From Octopus vulgaris (lineage: Eukaryota): a stretch of 64,000 nucleotides of DNA. Positions 14,468 through 25,690 of the stretch are shown here, piece by piece (positions within the stretch are counted from its first letter, which is position 1; each line of letters opens with the position of its first letter). Location: the NCBI GenBank assembly GCA_951406725.2, contig OX597823.1, forward strand, positions 110,174,001 through 110,238,000, read 5' to 3'. The translations under genes were made by a program, and so were the position numbers. A model generated the notes under the pieces. It saw only the letters and a list, made by a program, of their open reading frames with translations. It had not been told where the DNA came from and made no database searches.

Positions 14468-15786
14468 TATTTAGTTGTGCAGAAATATGTATGCAGGGAT
14501 AGATACAAGCATACATACATAAATCCATCCATATATACTGACACAGCACTGATCATTTTTTTCCTTTTATTTTTCATACGTTGTATTAATTTTTTTCATA
14601 TTCATCTTATATATTTCTTAATTTGTATATTTTTCATATCTACGTAATTGTGCGACGTGCTTATGATGTATATGAGTGAGTGTATATATGTATGTGTACT
14701 TGTACATATATATATGTATCTATGTGTGTGTGTGTTTATGTATACCTTTTCTTTTAAAAAAAAAAACGATTTTTATGATACTTTCGTGATGTCTGTTTGC
14801 GATATTTCTTCCTTTTTTTTCATTGCGTTTCATTTTATATTGATATTTGGAAAGTCTTACATATTTCTGACTTTAACCAATCACAATTGATAAAAATAAC
14901 AATAATGATATCTACTGACAATAATAGCAACAACTGCATCAATATCAGCATTACCAGCAACGATAACAACAACAAAAACAAGAGTTAATAAAAACAGCAT
15001 CAACAATGGCAGCAAAGAAAATATACACAGCTATCTAGACAGCTGCCTCCGTTACTAAATTTTGAAGCTATTCTCAAAAATAATTTTGAAATATAATAAT
15101 AATAAAAACAATAATAACATTGATAATGGTGGTGATGATGATAACTATGATGACGATGAAGATGGGGATCATGATGTTGATGATGATGATCATCATGAGG
15201 AAAACGACGACAACGATGACGATGATGATGAAAATAGTAATAAAAAAATTATTATTATTATTATAAATATTATTATTATAAATATTATAACAAAGACTAA
15301 TAAACTCAAAAGTGTGTGTGTGTGTGGGGGTAAAAACGAACGTAATGAAGGGTCTTTTCATCACCGTTTAGAACCTACATGACAGAGCAATCTGAATTTG
15401 TATCGAAATCCATCGTGAGGAATAAGAGCATTCGCTTTTATGAAAATTCTCTCATGTTCTATCTTTTAGGTGATAAATTATCGGAAATCAAAATTTTCTA
15501 TTGATTTCAATGGTTTAAATGATTTAAACATAAAGTTAATGATATGCAACAAAGCAGTCCTAAAGATATGTAAAATTATCAAAAAGAAGACACTAATCCG
15601 ATGTTAAGTAATTAGACAGAGACCAATGGAATAAGAAGAAAAATCAATTTTAAATAAAGGTAGGAAATGATTAACTAAACACGTCAGAACATACACACTA
15701 AATAAATTGTTAGGAAGAAATATTATACCAAATGTAATTATTTATTGAAAACAAGGATATATGCTTCAATATACTTCTAACTGTAA

Positions 15787-16353
15787 GGTGGCGAGCTGGT
15801 AGGAGCGTTAGCACAGCGGGCGAAATGCTTAGCGGTATTTCGTCTGCCTCTGCGTTCTAAGTTCAAATTCCGCCAAGGTCGAGTTTGCCTTTCATCCTTT
15901 CGAGGTCGATAAATTAAGTACCAGTTATGCACTGGCGTCGATGTAATATACTTAGTCCGTTTGTCTGTCCTTGTTTGTCCCCTCTATGTTTAGCCCCTTG
16001 TGGGTTATAAAGAAATAGGTATTTCGTCTGCCGCTGCGTTCTGAGTTCAACTTCCGCCAAGTTCGACTTTGCCTTTCATCCTTTCGGGGTCGATAAATTA
16101 AGTACCAGTTACGCACTGGCGTCGATGTAATCGACTTAATCCGTTTGTCTGTCCTTGTTTGTTTCTCTGTGTTTAACCCCTTGTGGGTAGTAAAGAAATA
16201 GGTATTTCTGAGTTCAAATTCCGCCGAGGTTAACTTTACCTTTCATCCTTTCGGTGTCGATAAATTCAGTACTATTTGCGTACTGCTGTCAATCTAATCG
16301 ACTGCCCCCCACCCCAAATTTCGGCCCTTGTGCCTAGAGTAGAAAAGATTATT
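15787..16353 (+). mobile_element. tRNA-derived SINE with Meta-like central domain, trimeric form
   Basis: Head 'ggtggcgagctggtaggagcgttagc', B-box 'gttcaaattcc', then three ~184-bp units with 'gactttgcctttcatcctttcggggtcgataaattaagtaccag'. Confidence 0.85.
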
Positions 16354-16706
16354 CATCATGTTCTATTGATAATCTTAGGTTATAAACTCAATTAATTGTC
16401 ACGCGAATTTGTAAGACTAGACAAGGAAACATAGTACGTTATGTTTCATTTATATCTCGAGAAAACCGGATATATTTTGAAGGGGTTTAACAAGTATCCT
16501 TCGTGGTGTCTAGTTTGGGCCCGACTTCATTGTGAAGACTTGGTGAGATGAAGTTACAAAAGTGTTCCATAATATTCAACAAGAAACGTTAGTGAAAGTG
16601 TTAGTGGTAATATGTTCCCCGCCTTCGTAGTACAACATGAGCTTATGGTCAGTGCATGAATAACATTTGCAGATAAGTGGTTGAGTGGTCGTTATGGACA
16701 CAAGTC

Positions 16707-17020
16707 TTAATTTATCGATCCCAAAAGGATGAAAGGTAAAGTCGACCTCGGCGGAAGTTGAATTCAGAACGTAAAGACAGTCGAAATACCTATTTCTTTA
16801 CTACCCATAAGGGGCTACACATAGAGGGGACAATCAAGACAGACAAAAGGATTAAGTCGATTATATCGACCCCAGTGCGTAATTGGTACTTATTTAATCG
16901 ACTCTGAAAGGATGAAAGGCAAAGTCGACCTCGGCGGAATTTGAACACAGAACGTAGCGGCAGACGAAATACCGCTAAGCATTTCGCCCCGTGTGCTAAC
17001 GTTTCTACCAGCTTGTCGCC
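16707..17020 (-). mobile_element. Same Meta-like SINE family, two units, 3'-truncated
   Basis: Reverse complement of the head and units seen at 15787. Confidence 0.85.
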
Positions 17021-17179
17021 TTACAGCAAGAAGAATAATGACCCTCTAAACGACAGATCAGTATCAATGTTGTCCTCTAAAGGATGCTTAGAGGATGATC
17101 TTACAACTCAGCAGGCCGAGGTAGTCATTTAAGAGCTCTTGGCACAGAAAGACTACAAGGAAAAATCAAAATAAACACG

Positions 17180-17760
17180 GGTGAATTATATAGATTACCA
17201 ATCATAAAGCGACACCAGACACAACACGAGACACCAGACACAACACGAGAATCGGAAAATTCAGTTGCCTCGTCCTCATAAAGTCCTCGCATACCAAACC
17301 TTTAAAAGACGGATACAATTTGAGTTACTGAAATCAATATCAGCATGAAATACGCCACTTGGAAGCGCATCCTTAGAGTAGTACCTCACTTCACAGATAT
17401 ATTAGGATATATAAGGAACAGGCGAACGCCATATGATATCAAGAAATTTGTTGAAGAATGAATACTCAAAGAAAGTATTGGACAAAACGATACTTAACAA
17501 AATGGCAAAACGAGAAAAATGGTTCACATCTGTGAAGCTGAGACAATTATTCGTTAAGAAGAGGAAGGCTTGTCTAATGAGAAACAGTTTATTTGTTCTG
17601 AAAATGATCCCGGTATCAAGGAAAAGGAATGCATCACCTACCTAACTAAAAAGGTCTACACTGTCATTTCAAAGCCTCACAAAAATGTGTGTATAGGAAA
17701 CGAAAAAGAGCGATTCAGATGAGAGGCATATCATAAAGGAGGTAAGGATAAATTACAAAA
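17180..17760 (+). mobile_element. Decayed Penelope-like element (RT C-terminus / GIY-YIG remnant)
   Basis: 'LLKNEYSKKVLDKTI' resembles the PLE LxxNGYPxxxIxxxI motif; frameshifted 'YIG-ETKRAIQMR'-like stretch near 17690. Confidence 0.4.
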
Positions 17761-17796
17761 TCAAATCATTGTTTTAATTAGAGAAAATAAATGTAA

Positions 17797-17797
<1 letters not shown>

Positions 17798-17827
<30 letters not shown>

Positions 17828-17998
17828 CTACTTCTTCTCCTTCTTCCTTCTTCTTCTACTTCTTCTTCTTCTTCTTCTTCTTCTTCCTTCTTCTTCTTCT
17901 TCTTCCTTCTTCTTCCTTCTTCTTCTTCTTCTTCTTCTTCTTCCTTCTTCTTCTTCTTCTTCCTTCTTCTTCTTCTTCTTCTTCTTCTTCTTCTTCTT

Positions 17999-18029
<31 letters not shown>

Positions 18030-18150
18030 TTATTATTATTATTATTATTATCATTATTATTATTAGTAGTATCATTGTTATTGTTGTTGTTGTTCTTATT
18101 GTTGTTGTTGTTGTTATTATTATTATTATTTTTTATTATTATTATTATCA
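17798..18150. repeat. Compound microsatellite (CTT)n/(TTA)n/(TTG)n
   Basis: Direct inspection. Confidence 0.95.
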
Positions 18151-18690
18151 TCATTACTATTATAGATGTTTCATTGGTTGAAGTAAAACACAACTCAGAG
18201 ACTAGTGCCTGGTAGATTCGATAAACATGAAAAGCCAAAAGAGAAAACGAATATAAGGAAGATCATCCGCAGTCAAAACACAAAATGGCCGATTTTTCAG
18301 ATAAGCACGAGTTTCAGTTCAGGAGACAGCAAAAAATATATTTAAGCTTTTTATGAGAAATAGATGAATAAACATCTCGTCCCTTAATGGTTCCAACCTA
18401 AAGTATCATGCGTTCATCAGGCAATGAGAATGAAATGATAATAACATATGAATATCTACAAATATTCGCGTTAAACATTGTAGGAGGAGAACAAAAAATC
18501 ATAAAAGCAGACTCAACATATAAGGAGGGGCAATTTCTTCCAAATGACAACAAAACCCCTCCCCACAAGAATTCGAGGAATAATGAAGAGAGCAAAGATT
18601 AGTAAACATTGAACGCATTTCGAAAACCAAATAATAATTAATACAGAAAATTATAAAAGTATGGTTCAACTAGCATTCAAATAGGAATTT

Positions 18691-18941
18691 CAACCGTGTT
18701 TTGTGGTCTGCTACTACAAAAGCCCCTTTATAGGATCCAGTTAGCTCAAGACATTATCAGGAGTCACCACGTCCGGTTTCGACCCTTAATCCTTTACTGT
18801 TTGACGTGGCGCTCCCCCTTCGGAGGTGCTTTCAGCTCTGGTGTTGGGTGCATGTCTTCTTTCTTCTTCTTTCTTCTGTTCCCTGGCCTCTTCGATGTAG
18901 CGTCAACGAGTGTCAGCGGGCGACTGACTGTCTTGTCAAAA
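18691..18941 (-). mobile_element. 3'UTR fragment of the HERO-like LINE (second copy of 23101-23360)
   Basis: Colinear and highly similar to 23101-23360. Confidence 0.85.
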
Positions 18942-19319
18942 TCTTTATATATAAAAGTGAGGTTGTGTGCTGTCTGTCTCCTACGATTTAGATTCCTAAC
19001 TACTCCCACATTTTGCGGTGCAGTTTAACCAAAACCGGGTATCTTATAGTCGTGATTCATATCGAGCGCGCGTCTACGATGAGTCTACGATTTTTAAAAA
19101 GAATTACCATCAATTTTTCCCATTTTTAATGCATTTTTGGCATATATAAGGGAAGTAACTCTCTAAAAATTTATTATTAAATCTCAGAACGTAAAAAGCT
19201 ACAGTAACCCCCCCTTTGTGGTTAGCTATATTGAGATGGCTATTATACTTTACATCTCTAAAAATGCTTATATAGTTATTTCCCTTACAAACCCGAGCAA
19301 CGCCGGGCGATACTGCTAG
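18942..19319 (+). mobile_element. Non-autonomous Helitron
   Basis: 5' A|TCtttatatataaaa; 3' hairpin cccgagc-aac-gccggg followed by CTAG|T; inserted between A and T with no TSD. Confidence 0.8.
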
Positions 19320-19997
19320 TTATTAATAAAGTTAAAATTACCGCAATAACGTTAAACTTAAGTGAAAATACTTTCTAAGATGGTGTTTTTCACACCGACT
19401 ATTTCAACAACTGTTTGCTTGTGGATCCGTTTGCACTCGAATACGAATTAGAGACAAGGTTCAACGAAGAGGGTAGTGTAGTGCCCTAACTCAATCAAAC
19501 CATCAATCTGACATGTCTGATTTTCTTTATAACCTATTCAAACAGTTCTTTTACTACATTTATATTTCCTTCCACATAAATTAGTTCGTAAGCGCATATA
19601 CGTTTAAAATCTTAATTTGTATAACATTTTTCATCTCCCTCCGCCCCCACTTCATATATGAAAACGTGTTTTACACTCCATGTTTCCATATATTTCTTTG
19701 TAACTCATTGAAAATTTCGTATCTTTTTGTATGCATTCCAGCGCTTGCGACTATCAAAGAAAGTTTTAATATTAGCTTAATATCGTATCTAGCACAAATC
19801 CGTAGAATGTAACAAGGTGTCAACAGTCTGTACTCAGGGCACTAAGGTAATGTTCTCCATTTAAGTTTCGAGTACTTTGATTTGGCCGGTTCCAAGCAGC
19901 ACTGTCTTTAGTAGATGTATTATCTTCAAATACACCTCTATCATTTCAATCCAGTTTGGCAGCTTCATACTTATAGTGCCCAACACACACACACACA

Positions 19998-20041
<44 letters not shown>

Positions 20042-20207
20042 TACACAAACACACACACACACGAACACAAAAACACACACACATATATATGTATGCATAA
20101 ATGTGTGTGCTTATACACATAGGCATGTGGGTGCTATATATATAACTGTATATTTGTATTCTGTTGTGTATGGGGAAATGCAGTTTCTCTTTTAGTGCCT
20201 TATGATT

Positions 20208-20321
20208 TAACACACACACCGGTAAAATAGTCTTGACTATTGAAAAGGTTGCAAGACGCAACGAACATTTTAGAAAATAAAAATAAGAAATAAGTGGAAA
20301 TTTTACCGGTAAGTGTGTTAA
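20208..20321. mobile_element. Small MITE with Tc1-like terminal inverted repeats; partial second copy at ~41560-41650
   Basis: 'acacaccggtaaaat' ... 'attttaccggtaagtgt'; internal 'actattgaaaaggtt...agtggaaattttaccggt' shared with 41560-41650. Confidence 0.55.
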
Positions 20322-21255
20322 ATCATAAGGCAGTAAAAGAAAATTACTCTCCCTAGACACAACAGAATATACTTCAACACACGAACTCATATAAAGAATC
20401 TTGCAAACCAAATCCAAAAACGAAATATATATTTGTACTTATATTTATATGCATATCTAAATATATACACATGTACACTCACATACACAAATATACACAC
20501 GTACATGTGTGTTTGTGTGATATTTGTGACTGTCCTTGTATATGTATCTTTGTAGTGGTGGGGTAAGTATATGTGAAATTTATCAATATTTTTATGTTCT
20601 GTAGACTCGCTTTCTTTCAAATCTCATATTGACATAATTTTAAATTTTCAGTTGAGTTTAATACAGTTCATTTTAATTTATTTGACTTCTTTTATTATTT
20701 AGCTTTATAAGAATATGTTCATTGTACAAGAGAAAAAAAATAAAAATACGGCTTCAATTGCTTTTCAAAAATTTCTATGTTAACCGATCCAAAAGCTTTT
20801 GAAATATTTGCGAAAAAAAAGAAAAGAAAGGAAAAAAGAAAACAATAATACCAAAACAAAACAACATAATAACAAAGAAATACGTTAAACCAAAATGACA
20901 AAATTCTATACAATCTCAAAGAAGCTGATTAAACAAGGGGAAAGAAAACAAAAAAATGATTCATATAATGCAAGTAAATAATGACAAAAATATATAGAAT
21001 AAAAGATCATTATTATTTCTTTTTCAAACAAATATATATATAAAGAAATAGAAAGAAAAATATGAAATTTAATCTAAATTTTTTGGCAAAAAGAAGGAAA
21101 CAACAGAAAGAAAAAGTCGTTATCTGTTAATGTTTTATGAGTGAATTCTCTACTTCCGTATTTGTGTTTGTATATTGGTATTTTATGTTCTTTAGTTGTC
21201 TTCCTCTGTCCTTCATTGTCTTGTCATGTATTTCTTTTCTATTTCTCATAGACTT

Positions 21256-21540
<285 letters not shown>

Positions 21541-21884
21541 TCTGTGTGTGTTTGCGTTTTATTTACATAGTATGGTTGAAAATGATTGAAATAAAAACAT
21601 AAAACAACACAAAAATAAATCGAAAATATTTGATAACAAAAACATAATAAATAACATGAAGGAACGGAATCAATTATCAATGAAATCAAGAAATTTATCT
21701 CCGCACAAAACCTAGGCATATAAACATACAATTTTGCTCTCTCCCTCTCTCTCATGCTCTCCCTCTTTCTCTCTGTCTCTCTTTCTCTCTCTTTGTTTCT
21801 TTTTCTCTCTCTGTATATACATATATATATATATATATACAGAGATAGAGAGAGAGAGATCAAAACAGTTTGATTCAAATTCAT

Positions 21885-21925
21885 TGGTACTCTTGAGTTT
21901 CAAGCATGATGCTAGTCATCAGCCA
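21885..21925 (-). ncRNA. Minimal type-I hammerhead ribozyme motif
   Basis: Minus strand: tgg-CTGATGA-ct-agca-tca-tgct-t-GAAA-ctc-aa-gag-TA-cca. Confidence 0.6.
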
Positions 21926-21930
21926 TATAC

Positions 21931-21961
<31 letters not shown>

Positions 21962-22397
21962 TATATATATGTGTGTGTGAGAGTGTGTGTATATGTATAT
22001 ATATATATATATTATACTATATTATATATATATATATGTCTACTTACATACATACATGCATACATAAATGTATGTATGATATATTATTTGAGTGTTCATG
22101 AGTGTGCACACGTTCATAGTATGTAACCGCCTATTATGTTACTGTAACACTGTATAAATTTTCATAAACAATTTATTGTTATTCGATTCAGTTTCTTAAG
22201 ATGGTTACTTTTTCTTTTTTTATATTTGTGTGTTTAGCACAAATGTTGGCTTTTAATTTAAAATAAACATATTTTGCAACATGTTTTCTTTCTGTCTCTG
22301 TCTCTGTATCACTCGTCATATTTCTGATTATCTTTTACTCCTTCACCATATCTATATTTTCTCACCTTCTTTCTTTTTCTGTCTCTCTCTCTCACTC

Positions 22398-22443
<46 letters not shown>

Positions 22444-22567
22444 ATACACAAATATATATAAACAAATAGCACTTCTTTAACGACTATTTTTCTGACTGCA
22501 AAATTATTTAAAAGCATGCAGTATAATTTTATTCGTTTCTGCTGCATTAATTTTTGTATAATTTTTT

Positions 22568-22775
22568 CAGATTAAGTAAGGCAAGGACCGCTTTTCACCT
22601 GTTAAAATAAGTATGGAGCTCAAGTGTAATTTCAATAAAGAACAAAATAAGAATTTTCAACACTAATGTAAAAGCGGTGTTATTGTATGGGGCTGAGACA
22701 TGGCGAACAACAGTTAAGTCAAATAAGCAAATACAATCATTCATCAACAGATGCTTGCGTAGTATACTTGGGGGA
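22568..22775 (+). mobile_element. RTE-clade LINE fragment (region after the RT domain)
   Basis: Translates RLSKARTAFHLLK*VWSSSVISIKNKIRIFNTNVKAVLLYGAETW...FINRCLRSILG. Confidence 0.8.
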
Positions 22776-23066
22776 AATCACTCTCTTAACGCAGCCCAGT
22801 GCCAAAAGAAACACGTAAACAGCTCGCATAAGCGAATGTAACCCTAATTACTAGCAGGAAAACTTAAAGTTTAAAAGTTTGACTAAAGTAAACAAATCAA
22901 CACTTGACGACTAATGCAGAAACTTAGTTGTCAACATAGCTTTGGCAAGAGAGTCTACGAATTCCACCATTACATAAGAAACAACACAGAGACCAGGAAT
23001 ATACAATTCTTGAAAACGAGACCGTGAAGGTATAGAAAAGTCGAATCTGAATTTAGAAAATTTATT

Positions 23067-23132
23067 GATCTACTCTATCAGTACAACACTAGGGGGATTA
23101 CAACCGTGTTTCGTGATCTGCTACCACAACAG
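23067..23132 (-). ncRNA. Non-circularly permuted hammerhead-like motif, unit 2 (degenerate)
   Basis: Minus strand: ctgttg-TG-gtagca-gatcac-GAAA-cacgg-...-tgttgta-CTGATAGA-gtagatc, followed by AATAAA. Confidence 0.4.
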
Positions 23133-23157
23133 CTCCTTTATAGGATCCAGTTAGCTC

Positions 23158-23220
23158 AAGACATCGTCAGGAGTAACCACGTCCGGTTTCGGTCCCTACT
23201 CCTCTACCGTTTTGACTTGG
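23158..23220 (-). ncRNA. Non-circularly permuted hammerhead-like motif, unit 1, in the HERO-like 3'UTR
   Basis: Minus strand: ccaagtc-aaaa-cgg-TA-gag-gagta-gggacc-GAAA-ccg-gacgtgg-tta-ctc-CTGACGA-t-gtctt. Confidence 0.55.
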
Positions 23221-24454
23221 CGGTCCCCCACCCCTTTCGGAGGTGTCTTCAGCTCTGGTGTTGGGTGCATGTCTTCTTTCTTCTTCTTCTTTCTTCTGTT
23301 CTCTGGCCTCTTCGATGTATCGTCAGCAGGTCCCAGCCGGTGACTAACTGACCTGTCAAATTTTTCCCTCTAAATACCTGCCCACAGCCTCGAGCAGGCA
23401 GTCATAGCAAGTTGTCACGTGACACTATCTCACCTAAACTGACTAGTGAAGGCGCGCAGTTTTAGCCCGCGCATTTTCTAAACGACCGTCACCTGTCAGT
23501 CAGCGAAGCTGATTCAGTGTCAGCTTGTCTCACCTAGTGATGTTATGACTTTCTCACGGCATGTTATGACTTTCAAGCCATTTTCGGTCTTCCCGCTTTA
23601 GCCATATATAGAAGTTGGCTTTTTCGACCGCCTCCTGTACTCTCCTTATTAGTTTTCGCAGCTCCGAGCTAGAAAAATCAATTCTTCTTTTGAAAAGCAT
23701 TGTAATTTTCCTTTCAATGAAGCCTCTAGCCCCCACTGCCAGGTGATAATATTTGACATTCCATCCATGTTCTCTGTATTCTTCGATTAGCTTTTCGTAC
23801 CTCTTCTCCTTACGTTCCTCTGCATTGCCGATGTTCTCTTCCCAAGGTACTGTCATTTCTAGTAAAATTCCCATTCTCCGGTCTCTGTTCCATAGGACTA
23901 AATCTGGTCATTTTGTTGTTTTTATTAGTGAAAATATTACTTGTCTTTCCAAGTCCGTGGCCACTTCCCAGTATCTCTTCCATCTTTCATCTATCTCGTA
24001 TACTTTACTTGTAGGCCTGGTTTTATATCCTTTTCCCTCCTTGTGGAAGTATACTTTCTTGCGTTTTTCTACTTTTGGGTACTCTCCCCTATTGTACCTC
24101 TCGATCTTCTCCTTGAGTGCTGCGCCTATAACGCCGAGGACTTGATTATGCCGCCATGTATATCTTTCGAGTGCTTGTCTGCAACTTGACAGAACATGTC
24201 TAATCGTCGCTTTCTCTCCGCATCTACATTCATCGGTTGTTTTTATGTTCCACCGGACTAAGTTCGCCGGTGAGGGTAGAACGTCGAAGAAAATTTTAAA
24301 TACAGAAGACAAAACAACAAAAACCCAAGAAAACCTAAAGACAGTAGTATATTAAATGAAACCTATATACAGACGTTGGATATATTAATGGAAACATCAC
24401 TTTTTATTTAATTACGTGTTTCTGTTGGCAATATGATAAACTAAAAACTATTAT

Positions 24455-24494
<40 letters not shown>

Positions 24495-24495
<1 letters not shown>

Positions 24496-24896
24496 TCTTT
24501 ACTCTTTTACTCTTTTACTTGTTTCAGTCATTTGACTGCGGTCATGCTGGAGCACCGCCTTTAGTCGAGTAACTCGACCCCGGGACTTATTCTTTTTGTA
24601 AGCCCAGTACTTATTCTATCGGTCTCTTTTTGCCGAACCGCCAGGTGACGGGGTCGTAAACACACCAGCAATGCTAGGGGAACAAACACAGACACACAAA
24701 CACACACACACATACATATATATATACATATATACGACAGGCTTCTTTCAGTTTCTGTCTACCAAATCCACTCACAAGGCATTGGTCGATCCGGGGTTGT
24801 AGCAGAAGACACTTGCCCAAGTTGCCACGCAGTGGGACTGAACCCGGAACCATGCGGTTGGTTAGCAAGCAACTTACCACACAGCCACTCGAGCCC
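24495..24896 (-). mobile_element. tRNA-derived CORE-SINE with internal (TA/TG)n and (GTAAAAGA)n tail
   Basis: Head 'gagtggctgtgtggtaag..ggttccgggttcagtccc', CORE-like 'gtggcaacttgggcaagtgtcttct'; five copies in this window. Confidence 0.85.
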
Positions 24897-24974
24897 ATAT
24901 ACATTATGTTAGCCTGGAAATTCATTGTATAACCTTTTGGTTTTGCAGATATATATGTTTAAATAAATTAAAAT

Positions 24975-25200
24975 GCGTGCCCTGTATGAGTTGCAGAGAG
25001 GACGAGCTGTTGGAGTGCAAATGGTTGGAAATTCAGTCACTAAAACTAAAAGAAACTGAAAAGTACATTTTCTAAAATTGGATTAACACACACAAACACC
25101 GGATCTCAATATAATCGGAAAATATGTGATCCATTTTGCAGTGGAACAAGAGCTATAGTAGCATTAAGTGAAGAATAGCTCAAAATTCCACTAATAACTG
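24975..25200 (+). mobile_element. Tc1-like transposase N-terminal remnant
   Basis: Translates LYELQRGRAVGVQMVGNSVTKT, resembling the Tc1 paired-like HTH start. Confidence 0.4.
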
Positions 25201-25224
25201 GGTCAGATCTTGTATATATATATG

Positions 25225-25558
25225 TAATAAACGAGTGAAGAACAAATATATACTGCATGTGTTTATTTGGCATAAGAATCATCATCCCGAAGTACAGGAA
25301 TCTTGCAACACAAATTCATATAAATATGTATGAATATATATAAGTATATATATATATATATGTATATATATGTATATATATATTATATATAAGTGTATGT
25401 ATATATGTACACACACATATATCTATATATATATTTATATGAATTTGTGTTGCAAGATTTCTGATGTGAAGTCGTGTGTTGAAACATGTACTTCGGGATG
25501 ATGATTCTTTTGCCAAATAAACACACGCACTATATATTCGTTCTTCACTCATTTATTA
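25225..25558. repeat. ~100-bp inverted repeat around a (TA)-rich spacer
   Basis: 25225-25325 is the reverse complement of 25432-25558 apart from a ~24-nt indel. Confidence 0.85.
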
Positions 25559-25660
25559 CTGGTCTTATGCTAACTCATTGTCTGGACCTCTTCAGCGACA
25601 CTTTGCATCTTCGTGTGTGCTCTTGCTCTGCTTACTCTATCCTCTTCTTATATATATATA

Positions 25661-25690
25661 CTAGCAAATGCCCCTGTCCATTGGACGGTG
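25661..25690 (-). mobile_element. Helitron-like 3' terminus (5' extent not determined)
   Basis: Minus strand: hairpin ccgtcca-a-tggacagg then gcatttgCTAG|T. Confidence 0.5.

Larger units (their letters stand above)
23061..24310 (-). mobile_element. 5'-truncated HERO-like (RLE-endonuclease) non-LTR retrotransposon: CCHC knuckle, RLE and 3'UTR
   Basis: ORFs 23908-24312 and 23554-23874 are in one frame: DVLPSPANL..ECRCGEKATIRHVLSSC..RYTWRHNQVL..TTK*PDLVLW..LEMTVPWEE..ERKEKRY..AVGARGF; a single TGA (23908-23910) replaces the R of RPD; 3'UTR ends in AATAAA at 23061-23066. Confidence 0.85.

Noticed and set aside
15787-15875. tRNA genes at SINE heads (also 38768, 45145, 52248, 55955)
   Set aside because: A/B boxes are present but there is no complete cloverleaf, and they run straight into SINE bodies
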